DNA of 62,988 bases, filler included, from Octopus bimaculoides (GCF_001194135.2; 5 parts of 4 records of this genome joined end to end with filler, not necessarily neighbours in it), one strand, 5' to 3'; shown: positions 11,561 to 25,747, numbered from the whole stretch's first letter. Numbers and translations: made by a program. Notes: generated from the letters alone by a model not told the origin.

Positions 11561-13199
11561 GCTTCCGGTATGCAGAGTTCTAAACTGGTAGCACTTGCAT
11601 GTGCAAGTTGTTTGCAAGACATCTACAACAATTGTTTTAACAAATTACTCAAACTTCACACAACAAAAATGTAAAAAATATATAAAACTTCTTGTTTCGG
11701 TGAGCAAAAAAAAAACAAGTTAACATAGTGGAAGGAAGGGTCTGTGAAGGTGGGGGGAGAGAGAAAGAGAGAGTATTCTCATCACCACCACCACTATTAT
11801 TATCATTAACATTTTTACATTTACTTTTTTTCTCTTCTCCCAAGTTAAGAACATTAAAGCCGAGTCTGAACTTTAGATCAAGTTTCTTCCTCTGATTATA
11901 TAATTAACTTTTAAATTACTTCTGCTAAAATTTCATCACACATTTTAATGCAATGTAAGTAGAATGATATTTTGTTGTTAGCTTAAATTCATTTGCTCAG
12001 TTTCTCTAGCTGCTATTCTGATTTTTGAGTAAATAAGAAATTAGTATAGTAACAACAACAGGGTTGTCTCTGAATCAGGAATTAAAAGTATGGAAAAGCT
12101 TGTCACCATTTCTAAATATAAACATTCTTTGGCTATTCGACGCAAATGAGACCTGGCTATGTAGCAGATCAACTCTACTGTATAGCAGATGTTTGTTTAA
12201 TATTTACTAAGAAAAACTTGATAAGTTTGAAGACTCTTCCTTGGTGAAAAATTAATTTAAATGAGATTTCTTTTCTTCAGAATTATGACTTAAATATGTA
12301 GTACAGATGACTTTAATACTTTTAAATAAAAAGTTTATTTTTAATCCTGGTATTTATTCTACAGAAGTAGCAGCAGATTGCTTTAGCATAACTCAAATAT
12401 GTTCTCTATATATTTCTAGGACAAACAGGTTTTTTTTTACAGAAGTAGGGAAGAGAAATATAACATTTTCTGGTTGAATGAGACTTTGAATTGAGTCAGT
12501 TCGATGATAGAAACAGAACTTGAAGAGTTTAATAGAAATGTATTCAATGTCTGTGCAAAAAAGACTATATATCCCTTAACCCCTTTTGCCAAACACACCC
12601 TCACTATACTCACTGGTCTTTATCTGCTCTCATGCATCTACTATTCTATCTTTACTTCACACTGTAGTATATTATTCCAATTCAATCCTAATTCAATCTC
12701 TATTCAAAAATGGAACTAGTATATTCCATTATCCTTTCCACAGATTACCATCGAATCTTCACCTATGGAACTTCTAATAGACTTTATTTTTTACCTATGA
12801 TTTTATTAATTCTTTGATCATGGAACTACTAAATGTATATACTTTTCATTCTGATCTTTCTTTCATTTTTCAATAAACTGGCAAGTACCAATGTCCTCAA
12901 GTGAGGATATTTTTCATTTCTATGTTTTCTTACTTCTCTCTCCTTGATGATGGCATACTTAGCTTATGTGGAATCCTTACTTAATATCATGAACCATATG
13001 CTCAGCCATTCTAGAAACAACTGTAAGAGACTGTACTTTATCATCATAACTACTCTGCACTATGTTTATATTCGCTATTTAAATTATGTTTTTTTTTGAG
13101 TAATGCCAAATGTCTTGCTTTTTCATTTTCTATTTCAATCTATATCCACTTACTCAAGGGAAACAACTTCTAGCTACCTTTGACAGGCGATTTTAGTAC

Positions 13200-16065
13200 C
13201 GCATTTTTCAGTTGCAGTTCAAGCAGGAGTTCTAGCTCTCATAGTACAGATTCTCCGCCAGGCTGTCATCACACTTGCCCTCTACCAGCCCTCTATAGTA
13301 CACCGATGTGGTATCCCCTCCATCAGCATTACTCGTTTGGGAGAGAAGCATGAGCGCCTGTCAACACTCTGTTTGCCAAGAACCCAGCCTTGGTCTGTGC
13401 CTGATCCAAGTTTCCTGTTCACAAAAAGAAGTGAACCAGGCAAATATCTCGTCAATAAATGGAGACCATACCCACTCACCATCCAGGTAGAGCCAGAGAT
13501 GCCTCAACTTCAGTGCATGCCTGCACATCTTTAGCCAAGGAATCCCTAACCCACCCTTTAACGGTTGTTGGCAGCAGATAGAGCACTTTACAAGAGGCCG
13601 CCTGCCCTCCTACAAGAAGTGAAAGAGCATGCATTCCAACTTGTTTAACCACGAATCGGGGTATGGCACGACGGTTAAGCAGTAGGTAACGACAAATGTG
13701 ATAAACACATTTGCCACCTCCGCCCTCTCTTTCAGGGATAGCCTCTGCCTAGACCAGGTCTGAGTTATGGATGCCACCCTTCCCGTAACCTTGCTCCTAT
13801 TCTTCTCTATCTGGAAGTCTGGACTAAACCAGACTCTAAGCATTTTCACCAGACTGTCTGTCCAGCATCCGATGGTGCTGTAGGACGGCATCGACTTGCC
13901 TCTCCAGGTGCTGAGCTGCAAGCCAACCACCTTACCCTGGTTAATTCTTGCTCATGCCACCACTTTGTAATCCTTTAGGGCCTCACCTGCCCTCTGTAGG
14001 TTCTGGTCCCTGGACATGATGACAGTAACATCATCCGTATACGCTGAGACTGACTTTCCATACCCTAGATTTTGCGGGTCTCCACTCATTGCCTCCAATC
14101 TTTGCAGAAGTGGCTCGAGAGCCAATACATAGAGCAGGGGCAACAGTGGACAACCTTGACAAACCAAGAGTTTGATACTGAACAGCTTTGAAAAGAAACC
14201 ATTCACCCAAACTACCAACTTGATGTTACTATATAAAGCATTGATCCAACCACGGAATGTCAGACCAAAACTGGCCGCCTCGAGTATTGCCACCAGATAC
14301 CAATGGTCTCCCTACCAAAGGCTCTGGATTGGTTTAAATTGACCAATGCCCCACCCTTGCCAGGAATCCTATTTACTCTTTCTAAGGTATAGCATATAAA
14401 GTGGAGATTATCATGTATGGTCCTGCTGGGGATGATACAGGTTCACGCCTCCCTGATGATACCATTTGCAACTTTCGCCATCCTCTTTGCTAAAACCTTG
14501 GCCAGAATCTTCAGTTCTGTGTTAAGCAGAATGATGAGCCTAAAGTTGTCAATTACGTCCTCCTTGTTTGGGTCCTTTCTGATCAGTACCACCACTCCCT
14601 GGCTTACAGACGCAAGAATACTCCTGTTCTGCTGCTAGTTATTGAAGACACAGGCCAGCAGGTGCCCAAAGAAGTCTGGCATAATATAATATAATTGATA
14701 CGGGAGACCATCGTAACCTGGCAGCTTGTTCCCACCCCACTCCAACAATACCTCCTCCACTTTCACAGCTGTGATCGGCTCATCACAGCACTCCGCCACC
14801 CACCCCAGAGGCGCAGTAGACCAGCAAGAAAGTCTGTGAGGTCCTCCCTACACTCTGGCCCATCACCTTCCCACCCCCAAAACAGTCCGGCAAAATTCTC
14901 GTGTAAGACTATACACATCTCCTAGGGCTCATATACAATTTGCCCCTGTTAGTTCTTCAAAGACCTTAATGTAGCATTATTGCCACATTGAAACTCTACC
15001 ACATGAGCCCATCCGGTGGTGTTGATACATTCTTGGCCCATTGCACCTATCTTAGTTCTGACTCTGCAGCCCTCATGTTTAGCCTTGAGATGATGCCTGA
15101 GCACCATTGTCGCGGTCAACACTCTAGAAGCAGAGAAGATCTCATTGCCTGCTCTAAAGCGTTAACTAAATCCCTTTCTACACTATTTCTATTCTTAGCT
15201 AACTCTCGACTAAATCTAATTAACTCTTTTTTTATGGCTCTTTTGAGGGCATACCACCATTTGTTGTTAATAACGGTCCCTGTCAATGCCCTCATCACTA
15301 ACTGTCTAATCCGGCTCCTGTATGCTTCACAGGTCAGTAGTGACTTGTTTAGCTTCCAGTAGCCGGATCCCTGTCTAGTCATACTATCTATGTCCAGCTT
15401 ACAGGTCACCAGTTTGTGATTGCTGTAGCTGACAATGGTTAATTGTGGACAACTAGCTATATTCTTGTCCTTACTCCTAATTAATATTCTGTCTAGGTAA
15501 GATCTAGATGACCCATTATTTCTTGATCACATCCACTGTGGAACATCCAGGTGATCTAGTCTGTATCGCTCTGCCAGATGGAAATGTCTGAGCAGGTCGT
15601 TGAGGCAAGAGTTAGCGTAATCTACGCGTGTATCGCAGATTGCACTGAAGTCACCTAACACCACTAACGTGTGTGAAGTACCTAGAAAGTTTTTCAGGTT
15701 CTTCAAAAAGTCAGGCTGTCCTGTACTCCCCAGGGTATAAACTTCCACCAACCTGAAGGCCTTACCACAACTGAGTGTCACATCTAGGACGGCCAGCCTA
15801 CCTTCCGGATTGACAAAGATTGTTCTAGTTTGAGTCCCTTCCTGAGTAGAACTATGACTCCCCTCGCATCTTCCGGTTGACATGGAGAAATGACTTTTTC
15901 ATAGTCATTAAGGAGCGGTGCTAAGTCCTGCAGTCCCCTCAGTCTAGTCTCAGTAAAAGCTATTACATCTAACCAATGTGACCTGAGATCGTTTAGGAGG
16001 CAAGCTTGCTTCCAATCCAATTTCAGGCCATGCACATTTATACATCCTAAATCAAGTGAGTACAT
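13200..16065 (-). pseudogene. Tx1 ORF2 (APE endonuclease plus reverse transcriptase)
   Basis: ORF-track pieces 15784-16065, 15527-15883, 15116-15409, 13952-14293 and 13610-13930 are collinear. Confidence 0.9.
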
Positions 16066-16298
16066 GATTGGTGCTTAGTATTTTTAAGTGTGTTCAGGCC
16101 AGGAAGTAGGTCCTTCCTCAACCATTTCACCATTCCAGCAGTGGTTGGTGGGTTGATTGTTAGTTCTCTGTACATATTTTCAGAGAAATTTCTTACCCAA
16201 GGACCGATGTCTATTGGGTAAGTTTTTTCTATGTTTTCTGGGGTATCTGTGTTATCTGGTGGTTTGAATGTTTTTGTCATTTTCTATTTTGCTATGAT

Positions 16299-17506
16299 TT
16301 AAAAAAATTTTTTGTTTTTGTTATTAATAGCCATTATGGCCATGTGGGGTGGGAAGGTTCGGGTCTGTGTATCCTGTGGCTGTGTTTGTGTTGGTGTGTA
16401 TTTTTGAGTGCCTGTGTGTGTTTGCGATGTTGTGTGTGTTTGAGTGTGTGCGTGGATGTTCAGTTGGGTTGCGAATGTGCAGGTGTTTCTGTGGGGACAT
16501 AGTTTGAGCCTTTTCTTTTTCTCTTTTTTCTCCTCATGTGCTCCCACTCTGTGTATTCTTCCGTCTCTGTCTCTGTCTCTGTAGTGTCTTGAACAGATAT
16601 ACCCTCTGTTTTCTTTGTGTTTTGTTGGTTTTTCACCGATGTTGTAGATGTTTCTAGTTTTGTCAGCCATGGTGGAGGTGCTGCTGGCTCTGTCACCAGT
16701 GCAGCCTCTGCTGGCTTCTTCTTCAGTGGGGAGGCTTCTTTTTCTGCCACTGGTGGTGGCTAGCATTCAACCCTAATATGCCCTTTTTGACCACATTTAT
16801 AGCACCTTTCCTGCCTTCCACATTTACCCTCAACTTTGTCTCCCCCACCAAAAAAATATTGATTATTTTTTTTCTAGGTCTTCTGTTGCAGCCTGAATTA
16901 TCAACTCTAAGGCCTGCCTTACCCAGTTCAATTTATGGTACCTGTAGGCTTGAAGGATAGTTATTTTATCCTCCAAGCCCATTAATATGGCATCAATAAG
17001 CCAAGCAACATCTATTTCCAGTAGTATTCCCTCCACCCTTACCTTGGAAGTTCATCTACCAAGGTATGTGGATAGGAGAGCCACCTCGGCTGTTTTCAAC
17101 AAGTTTGTTGAATGTTGCCTGGCTTTTTCTTCGGTATGAAAATGCACCTCCACCATGCTGTATAACTTTCCTATGGTTATGTAGGTAACATCCATCCAAA
17201 TGGGGTGAAGGCATTTCCTTACAGCTTCTTTAGTTGCCTGTTCTATTCTTTTTGCTTTCACTGACACTGTTTTATAAACCACAGTTTTCCTTACTGCATT
17301 CCTTACTTTCACTTATTACCCTCTCTTTGTAGTATATTCTTGTGTCTAGCAGTCAACGTGAAGTTTACATTTCTCTCCACGTTTTCTTCTTTTCCACTTT
17401 GTTTTGCTTTCTTCTGTCTATCCCTTTCTTTTATTCTACATTCCATGCCATCATGTTCTAAACCACATGCTGTTAGTGTTTCTTCGTCACTGGACAAGTT
17501 ATTCAT
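16299..17506 (-). pseudogene. Tx1 ORF1 (fragmented)
   Basis: pieces 17309-17506, 17052-17312 and 16460-16750 lie directly upstream of ORF2 on the same strand. Confidence 0.6.
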
Positions 17507-17699
17507 GTTTCACTCAAAAAATTTTTTAAATGTTGAAATTCTACCTTCCCCCTTCAACGAAGGGGGCATGTATTGCTTGTCTGCAACACGGCAGAAATAC
17601 AGTATTTTTACACAAAACAAATTCAATTAAAAATAAATTTTAGCACATAAGACGCATACACTTACTTCAGACTTACTTTTTCACTGCTGTTTCCAAAAT

Positions 17700-18850
17700 T
17701 CTTCACATTGCCATTGCCGAGTGTGTGGCAATATTTAATAGTCTTCCAGGACAAAACAGTGGCACTAACACAATGATTTTATTACAACCACAAGGGTTAA
17801 ACAAAGAGGAGACAATACAAGGGATAAATGAGGTTGGGGACTTTTCAAATGATATGAATAAATATATAATTATGAAGGAAGGTAAAACAAAAACTGAATG
17901 GACACACAACCATATTCCTGCATTGCACTATTTATTTTGTCCTTTTTGTAACCCTGCTTAATTTGGCCCTTAGCTATTTCCTTCCATCTTTTTTCATACT
18001 TTTTTGCTGTCAGGCATTTCCTCTCCAGATGTGCTTTCCCTCTGAGGTGATATAAAAAGAGGTTCACTAAAGCATGCCTGGAGACTAAGGTGCCTGATGC
18101 AATATTACTTCCATGTGTCTGGCATATCATCTCTTTTGCTATAGTTATTACGGCTAAAAGGCAAAACTTCTCTTCTCCTTTTCGAGGTGCCAGCAGAACA
18201 ATCTTAATAACTGATTTGGCTGACAGCTGAACTCTCCCCAGCTGTAACAGTATCTGTTCGGTAGAAACCCACAGGTCCAAGAGACACAGACACTGTCCAA
18301 TTGCATGCAAAACAGTTTCATTGCTCTGCCCACAATGTGAGCACATAGGTGAAACGGTGACACCGTGCTTCACGAGCTTATCCCAAACTGGCAAGGCACT
18401 TTGAAAGCACATCCAAGCCAGGGGCATCTGGAAGTTGTCCATAGGTCCCAGGCTGAAAGTCCTTCAATGCAGGTTGGCAAGCTGACTTTAATTGAAATCC
18501 AGAGTCTCCCCCAGGCCATCATCACACTTGCCCTCTACAAGCCATGGTGGTAGCCCCTCCGCCGGCATTGCTTGTTTGGGAGAGAAGCACGAGCACCTGT
18601 CAACACTCCGCTTGCCAAGCTCCCAGCCTTGGTCTACGCCTGATCCAAGTTTCCAGTTCACCAAAAGAGGTGATCCTGGGAAATATCTTGTTAATGAATG
18701 GAAACCACACCCGCTCACCATCAAGGTAGAGCCAGAGATGCCTCAACCTCAGCACATGTCTGCGCATCTTTAGCCAAGGCATCCCTAACCCACCCTTAAG
18801 TGGCTGTTGGTAGCAGATAGAGTGCCTTACAAGAAGACGCCTGCCCTCCC
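17700..18850 (-). mobile_element. second Tx1-like copy, 3' end only
   Basis: 18480-18850 aligns with 13240-13610; C-terminal CSHCGQSNETVLHAIGQC zinc knuckle and 3' UTR. Confidence 0.85.
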
Positions 18851-19504
18851 AACTATATCACTTACTCAGACCGCCACTATTTATATGTAGTGGTCCAGTC
18901 CATTCTTGCCAGGGAGTGTTGTACTCTCACACAACACATATGTATGTATATACATAAATATATATACAAGAATACTGGCATGCACACACGCACACACATG
19001 CAATAAGGTCTCAGACAGACAAATGCAACCTAAGAGAAAAGTTACTGAAAAGGTTACAAATAGCAACAAAAGAGCTTTAACAAAAAAGAAAAACAAAAAC
19101 AAAAAATTACTGTTCAACTAAGTTAAACAAACAATCAATTAATTGAATATTTAACCAATCAACTAATAATAAAGGAGAAGAATTGAGCCAGTGCATGTGT
19201 TAATAATATTGGCATAATGACTTTCCCTAGACACAACAAAATGTGTATGCATGTGTGTATATGTGTGTGTGTGTGTGCGTGTGTGCGTGTGTGTGTATAT
19301 ATATATATGTGTGTGTTTGTGTGTGTGTCTGTATATGCATGTGTGTGTGTGAGTGTGTGTGTATACACGCACACACAGAGAAAGAGAGAGAGAGAGAAAA
19401 GTAGCTTCTTCATTAGAATCAAGAGTAGGAATGTAAATTCTTTTCAGTATTATTTTAACAATTATTTCTGGAAGTAAACTGGATTACTACCAATTGCTAT
19501 CTTT

Positions 19505-20150
19505 ACTAAAAACCCTACTTGCGAAGACCTGTAGAGGCAAGTGAATTTGGAATTTGAAATCTGAAATCGAACAAATCCAACGACTGGCACCCGTGCCAAC
19601 CTCTCCTTCATTGGACACTAAACTCTGCTTGCGAAGACCTGTTGGGGCAAGTGAAATCGTAATTGAACCATACTCGATGACTGGCACCTACGCCAGTGGA
19701 GCACTAACAGCACTGTCCGAGCATGTCCATTGCCAGAGCAGCTGTCTGGCTTCCATGCTAGTGGCCCGTAAATAGCACCATTTGAGCGTAATCGTTACCA
19801 GCATTGCCTTCTAGCACTTGAGCTGGTGGCATGTTAGAAAATCATTCGAGCGAGGTTGTTGCCAGTGCCGCTGGACTGGCTCCTGTGCAGGTGGCACGTA
19901 AAAAACACCTTTTTGAGCGTGGCCGTTGCCAGTACCGTGTGACTGGCCCTCGTGCCGGTGACACGTAAAAGCACCCACTACACTCTCAGAGTGGTTGGCG
20001 TTAGGAAGGGCATCCAGCTGTAGAAACTCTGCCAAATCAGATTGGAGCCTGTGCAGCTTTCTGGCTTGCCAGTCCTCAGTCAAATCGTCCAACCCATGCT
20101 AGCATGGAAAGCGGACGTTAAATGATGATGATGATGATGATGATGATGAT
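19505..20150 (+). mobile_element. SINE-like repeat with (GAT)n tail and internal tandem repeats (family D)
   Basis: GGCGTTAGGAAGGGCATCCAGCTGTAGAAA...ATGGAAAGCGGACGTTAAATGATGATGAT; partial copies at 20480-20575, 21855-22250 and 53040-53150. Confidence 0.75.
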
Positions 20151-20159
20151 GCTCTCAAA

Positions 20160-20335
20160 TAGAAGTATGGTTGAGAAGTTTGCTTCACATCCAATGTATC
20201 TGAAACCACATGGTTTTAGGTTCAATCAATTGCTTGGCACCTTGGGCAGGTGTTTTCTACTATATCTCTAGGTCAACCAAAGCCTTGTGGATGGATCTGA
20301 TTGATAGAAACTGAAAGAAGTCCCTTATGTATGTG
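20160..20335 (+). mobile_element. degenerate SINE family A head
   Basis: CCACATGGTTTTAGGTTCAATC...GGCACCTTGGGCAGGTGTTTTCTACTATA. Confidence 0.7.
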
Positions 20336-21854
20336 TGAGGGAGGAAGTTCCTTGTCTTGACACAATGTAATAGTTGTAAATGATTGTCATGTCTTGCAAG
20401 TAGCGTTGTTCATTTTCAATTTTATAAGAAAACGTCTAGACCATTTTTAAATCCTACCTTGGTAGGAAACAAACAAAAGAATTAACATCAGGAAGGGCAT
20501 CCAGCCAAAGAAAATTCAAACTCAAAAAGTTTCATTTGAACCATACCATCATGGAAAAGTAGACATTAAAGCAATGAGTGTTCAATGTATATATTCCTGA
20601 AGTTCTAACTTTTTTTGGCAACTGTCTCATTCCCCTTTACTTTCTCTATCAGTCTACCAGAGATGTAGAGATTAAGCCAAAATAGAAGCAGACACTTGCA
20701 GAGAAGTCAGAGAATCTGCCAACACTGGATCTATAATAAAACGTTTAATTAAGTTTATCAAGCTGTATATAGACACCACCTAACAATACTGCAAAACTAA
20801 AAGAAATTATAGTTGCAAACAGTGGCAACACTAGAAAACTGTGGAGAGTTTTGACTGCTTCTAATGCTGAGTTCTGTTCCAGCATAGCTTGGAGGGATTC
20901 AGAGGTTCTACTAATTCACCATTCTTATGAGTGTGGTTTTCACTGTTTTTATGAGTTCACTGTTTGCTGTTTTATGAGTAAGGCAGAAATACAAACAGTT
21001 TTAATAGAAACACAAAATTCTCCTCCATGTATGAGAAAATATGGTAAAAAAGATTTGAAAACCATTTTGGTGTGGGGAGGTTTCTTCTTGCTATAGTAAC
21101 TGTTTGTTGGGATATTAACTGAGGAAGGCCAGAGTGGTTACAATTGTTAATTGAGCCATCAATCACCACCTTTGGTGAAAGCATTACTATAAATTTAGTT
21201 CAGCAGAATGTTGATTTATGTTAATGAAGAACACTATTTCTATTTTGTACACTACTAATTTACTACATTAAAATAATATTTAGTAAACAAGACTATTCAA
21301 CAAATAGAAAATGTGTAGGACTTTTAACAAAAGCTCTTTGTGAGGAAATGTTGTTTTCTAGTTTACCCAAATGCTATTCATAGACCCACCCAACTGCCTA
21401 CTAGTTATTCTTTGACAGCCAGGATTCTATGTACATTTATACACATTCATGGAAGGGTTGTATGCAATTATGATGATATGGGAGTGTTTATGTTTAGTAT
21501 GTTACTCTGTCTTTGTCTACAATAAGCCTTGGTACAATATTACAGTCAGCAAGTTGGTTAGTTCCCAACTCTCATATTTCTTACTCAGATTGTAATTAAA
21601 AATAACAAAGAGATCAAATTAAAATACTTTGCTCTAAATGTTCATTCTTTACTTTCACTTGCTACTACACTAATGATATACAGATTTATTTTCTTTCCTA
21701 TGGAAGAATTCATAGAGCAACATAGTATTTGTGTCCCTTCAATTTCTGAGATCCATGTTCATTGAGGTCAACTTTGTCTTTCATTTTTCTGCAGTTGATT
21801 TAATTCACTATAGCCCTCCTCCCCTACTGCCACCACCCAACTAAAATTTCTGCC

Positions 21855-22250
21855 CATCATCATCATCATTGTTGTTATTACCATTCATACCCCATACTGG
21901 CAAGGGAGAGATTGACAGGACCTGACAACCCAGAGGACTGCAATGAGCTCCAATGTTTGCTTTGGCATGGTTTCTACAGCTGGATGCCTTTCCTAATGCC
22001 AAGCACTTTACAGAATGTACTGAAGTCTTTTTTATAGCAACAGTACTAGTGAGGTCACCAAATACATTGCAAAACAAGACCCCTCGACAGGATGAGTGTT
22101 TAGTTTTGAGAGAAGTAACTTTGTGCCAGGTCTTGAGAGGCTGAAGTATGACAGAAGGACAAGAACAGGTGTCTTGCTGTAGATGAGATATTAGGCTGCC
22201 TCAGCAGGAAAGTGAGAAAGAATGGAGATAAGGTGTCAAGACATACCCTC
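21855..22250 (-). mobile_element. family D-related repeat
   Basis: (CAT)n start; TTTCTACAGCTGGATGCCTTTCCTAATGCC is the reverse complement of the family D motif. Confidence 0.6.
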
Positions 22251-23055
22251 AAATTACAAGAAAGTGGATAAAGAGAGAATAGGGACAGAGAATTGAAGAT
22301 GGCTGGATGGGTAGGTTCACAAGAGTGCGAAAGGAGAGTGACAGACAGTTAGATAAAGGAAGAGAGATGAATGCAGTGAATGTTAAACATGGGTGGTGCA
22401 AAGTCAATGTCCAAAACCAATATTTCTTGTCTTCAGTTAATTTAGGCAAAAACTAAGCTGTATTGAGAATTCTTTTTATAAGAGAAAAATGAATGAAAGA
22501 CTTTCTTCCATCTACCTATCTAGCTAGCTAGCTGATATTCACACAGTAATTAATAGGTCTACGCAACAGCTGAAGTGTAAGTACTTTGTGCAAGAAAAGG
22601 TAGGCAGTCTCCTTCAATTCTTTGAATATCTGTGGGTTTTCAGACAAATTAAACTGAAGGTGGTCACAGCTGGACCACACTTGATCATAGGATCAAGAAA
22701 GTAGTATTTGATTAAAATAGCCAGCTGTGTATCATACTTAATGCAAAAACATCAAGACAGGTAAATTAACTGTCTGGAGATAATATAGCTTAAGGATGCA
22801 CTGTGTTTACAGACACAAATATATCAGTAACAGATGAAAATTATCCAGCAGTGGCAGTGAAAATGCTAAACCTGCATTTCTGCTACTTCTGGTTACCTTA
22901 ATCTAATACTGCTTCTGGATTTTTATTCAGCCATAGTGGAATTTTATTCAACCAGGCAGCTAACTGTAACACCAGTGGTTTTTGAAACACTTTCTCTGTA
23001 CTACCAAGGATGAATTTTGTCTTAGTATGCAGTTGCCATTGAGTTCATACTACTT

Positions 23056-24031
23056 CAGTGGGCAGCTGAATTTATGAGTGGAATGGAGAGAATTGAAGAT
23101 AACCAAAGGTCTGGCTGTCCTTTAACTGCCACTACTAAGGAAAACATTGATCGGGTTCACAACATGGTGATGGATGTCAGGCAAGTGACTACAAATCAAA
23201 TAAGCAATGCTATTAGCATATCTTATGAGAGAGTTGTGGATATTCTGTGCCATGAATTTGGCATGACAAAGATTTCTGCTTAGCAAGTGCCACATCTTAT
23301 GACAACTGATCAAAAGCACTTCAGGCTGATCACATCATGTGAAAATCTGACATTATTTGAAGTAGATCCAGTTGGTTTCCTTGAACATTTCCTAACCCAA
23401 GATAATCGTTGGCTTCATCCCTTTGAGCCAGAGACAAAACAACAATCCATGCAATGGAAACACCCCTCTATACCTACTCCAAAGGTGACAGTTGTTTCAT
23501 CTGCAGGAATGTGATGGCCTCAGTTTTTATGGGATGCAAAAGGCATTGTTTATCTTTGAAAGGGCTACATAATCAATGAAGAGTACTATGCTAACTTGCT
23601 GAGGCAATTACAAAAGGCTATCAAGACCAAAAGCCCAAGAAAATTGACAAAAGGGGTTTTGTTCCATCAGGACAATGCTCCAGCACACAAGTCCTTGCTT
23701 TCAATGACTGCTGTGCATGATTGTGGCTTTGACCTGGTTGATCACCCTCCATAATCTCCTGATCTAGCCCCATCTGACTATCATGTGTTCCTTAACATGA
23801 AAAAACACTTGGCTAGGAACCTGTATTGCAGTGATGATGAAGTCATATCTGCTTGATGACTTTTCTAATCAACAGGATGAAAGCTTCTTCACCAATGGGA
23901 TCTAAGCACTGCAATACGGATTGAAGAAATGTGTGGACCGCAAGGGGGACTATGTTGAAAATGAACCTCTTTTGGTCACTTTCCATGATAGATTCATGGC
24001 CAGCCTATGAACTTTTCAGCTGACCATTGTA
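23056..24031 (+). mobile_element. mariner (DD34D) transposase pseudogene, 5'-truncated
   Basis: EDNQRSGCP, KISA*QVPH, TQDNRWLHPFEPETKQQSMQW, FHQDNAPAHKS, HPP*SPDLAPSDY; right end AACTTTTCAGCTGACCATTG|TA. Confidence 0.92.
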
Positions 24032-24855
24032 TATCTAAAGCATAATTATTAAGAACCTCCTGATGGCTGTGATTCATGACATTGCCTTTATATTTATCCA
24101 CTCACAATAATCTCTTGGATGCTAATGTTAAGATAATATTAAGAACAAACACGCATATAAGGAAACAAAGTGCTTCCTTATGTGTCTGTTTACCACAACA
24201 ATATTTTGATGCAAAAATACGACCAAAATTCTGAAGAATATAATTAAGAATGTTTAAACATTAAACATTTAATTTCCTGTTTGCAGACCAACAAGCACAG
24301 TTTTTTAAACAAAATATGAGTAACAAACACAATTTGAGTAAGAGCAGAAACTATCTGGAACACGTCTACCTTTTAATAAGGAAACACAATAATTGCAGTA
24401 GGCAACAAAATAAAAGAACCAATTACTTGTTAAATAATAGGGACAAGAAAATGTAAACAGAAGTAATAACATCTGATGTAAACAGAAACTGGTATGGTGT
24501 AGACACGTTACATGTGAGTTTCTAATGTAATGACTGGAGTGGGGAGACTACGGGGATGCCTCTGTGTGCTGTGTGGAATATGGGGGTGCATATATGTGTA
24601 TGTTGTTGTTGTCATAGATTATGAATTATTGAGAGAGAGAAACTATATATAATGTAATTCAAATAAACAACTGATTTCTCATTCTGATTCCAAAGACAGA
24701 ATTCAAAGAATGGTCTTCATCACCTGTAACATTCTACCACATTAATAATAATTTCTAATTTAAGGTCAAGGCCAATCTGATGTGATGTGATAAATGCTGG
24801 ACTTTATTTAGGAAACCCTAAAGAGAAGTTCTATTAATTTTCTTCAAAGATATCT

Positions 24856-25008
24856 GGAGTAGCTGTGTGTTAAGTAGCTTGCTTACCAACCACATGGATC
24901 CAGGTTCAGTCCCACTGCGTGGCACCTTAGGCAAGTGTCTTCTATTATAGCATCAGGCCAACCAAAGCCTTGTGAGTGGATTTGGAAGACAGAAACTAAA
25001 AGAAGCCA
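24856..25008 (+). mobile_element. SINE family A, 5' part
   Basis: matches the family A head. Confidence 0.88.
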
Positions 25009-25177
25009 ATCATATACATATATATATATATATATATGGGTGTGTGTGTGGGTGTGTGTGTGTGTGTGTGTGTGTGNNNNNNNNNNNNNNNNNNNNNNNN
25101 NNNNNNNNNNNNNNNNNNNNTTAATTAATTAANNNNNNNNNNNNNNNNNNNNNNNNNNNNNNNNNNNNNNNNNNNNC

Positions 25178-25747
25178 CTACATACCCCTACATCTACCCC
25201 CACCCTCAGCCTAGCCCACACTCCACCCATGCCTTCCCCACCTCTCAACACCCTCACATCACACCACGCACACACTACAACTGACCAACTCCTTTCTCCC
25301 TCCCCGTTTTTTCACACATGCATACGTCAAGATCACCAGCATTCTCTCTCACACACGCACACACACACACACACAGCTCCTCGTTCTTGGGTCACCGTTC
25401 TTTCTTCCCCCTTTTGTTATCTCCTCTTTTTCTTAGCTCTCCTGCGTGAACTTTCTGAGCTNNNNNNNNNNCCCCCTTTTGTTATCTCCTCTTTTTCTTA
25501 GCTCTCCTGCGTGAACTTTCTGAGCTTTCTGTCCGCAGACGCCATGATTAATCATTGACCAAACAACATTCAATTTATTTTGTCCGTGTTTTTCTCCTTG
25601 TTTTCTCCGTATTCTTTCTGTTGAAGAGCGTAGCTCGAAACGTTAAAGACTTTCTGTATTCCCGGGCGTCAGACAAACTAATACAGCCTTTGTTGTTTAC
25701 ACCACCTGTCCTCGTCTGTTGTTCTTATTTTTTTCGTACATTCTCCC

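Larger units (their letters stand above)
13200..17600 (-). mobile_element. L1/Tx1-like LINE with ORF1 and ORF2, degraded, extreme 3' end missing
   Basis: APE motifs GCINVHGL, IAFTETRL, LVVLGDFSAI; RT motifs DNFRLIILLNTELKILAK, QGCPLLPLLYVLALEPLL, AYTDDVTV; upstream lysine-rich ORF1 pieces. Confidence 0.9.

Noticed and set aside
12500-13150. Possible degraded L1-like 3' region
   Set aside because: No convincing motif, and it does not align with the 3' end of the second Tx1 copy.
20680-21096. Open stretch KLKEIIVANSGNTRKLWRVL...
   Set aside because: Weak resemblance to a LINE linker region; no splice or domain support for a host exon.
22540-23040. Minus-strand fragments (KTKFILGS, VWSSC)
   Set aside because: Possibly an ancient L2/CR1-group remnant, but too degraded to call.
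25121-25132. TTAATTAATTAA islands inside N runs (also 46399, 58134, 60016)
   Set aside because: An identical 12-mer centred in gaps, with stops in all frames: a scaffolding linker, not biology.
25407-25526. 55-bp direct repeat on either side of a 10-N gap
   Set aside because: Most likely an uncollapsed contig overlap.
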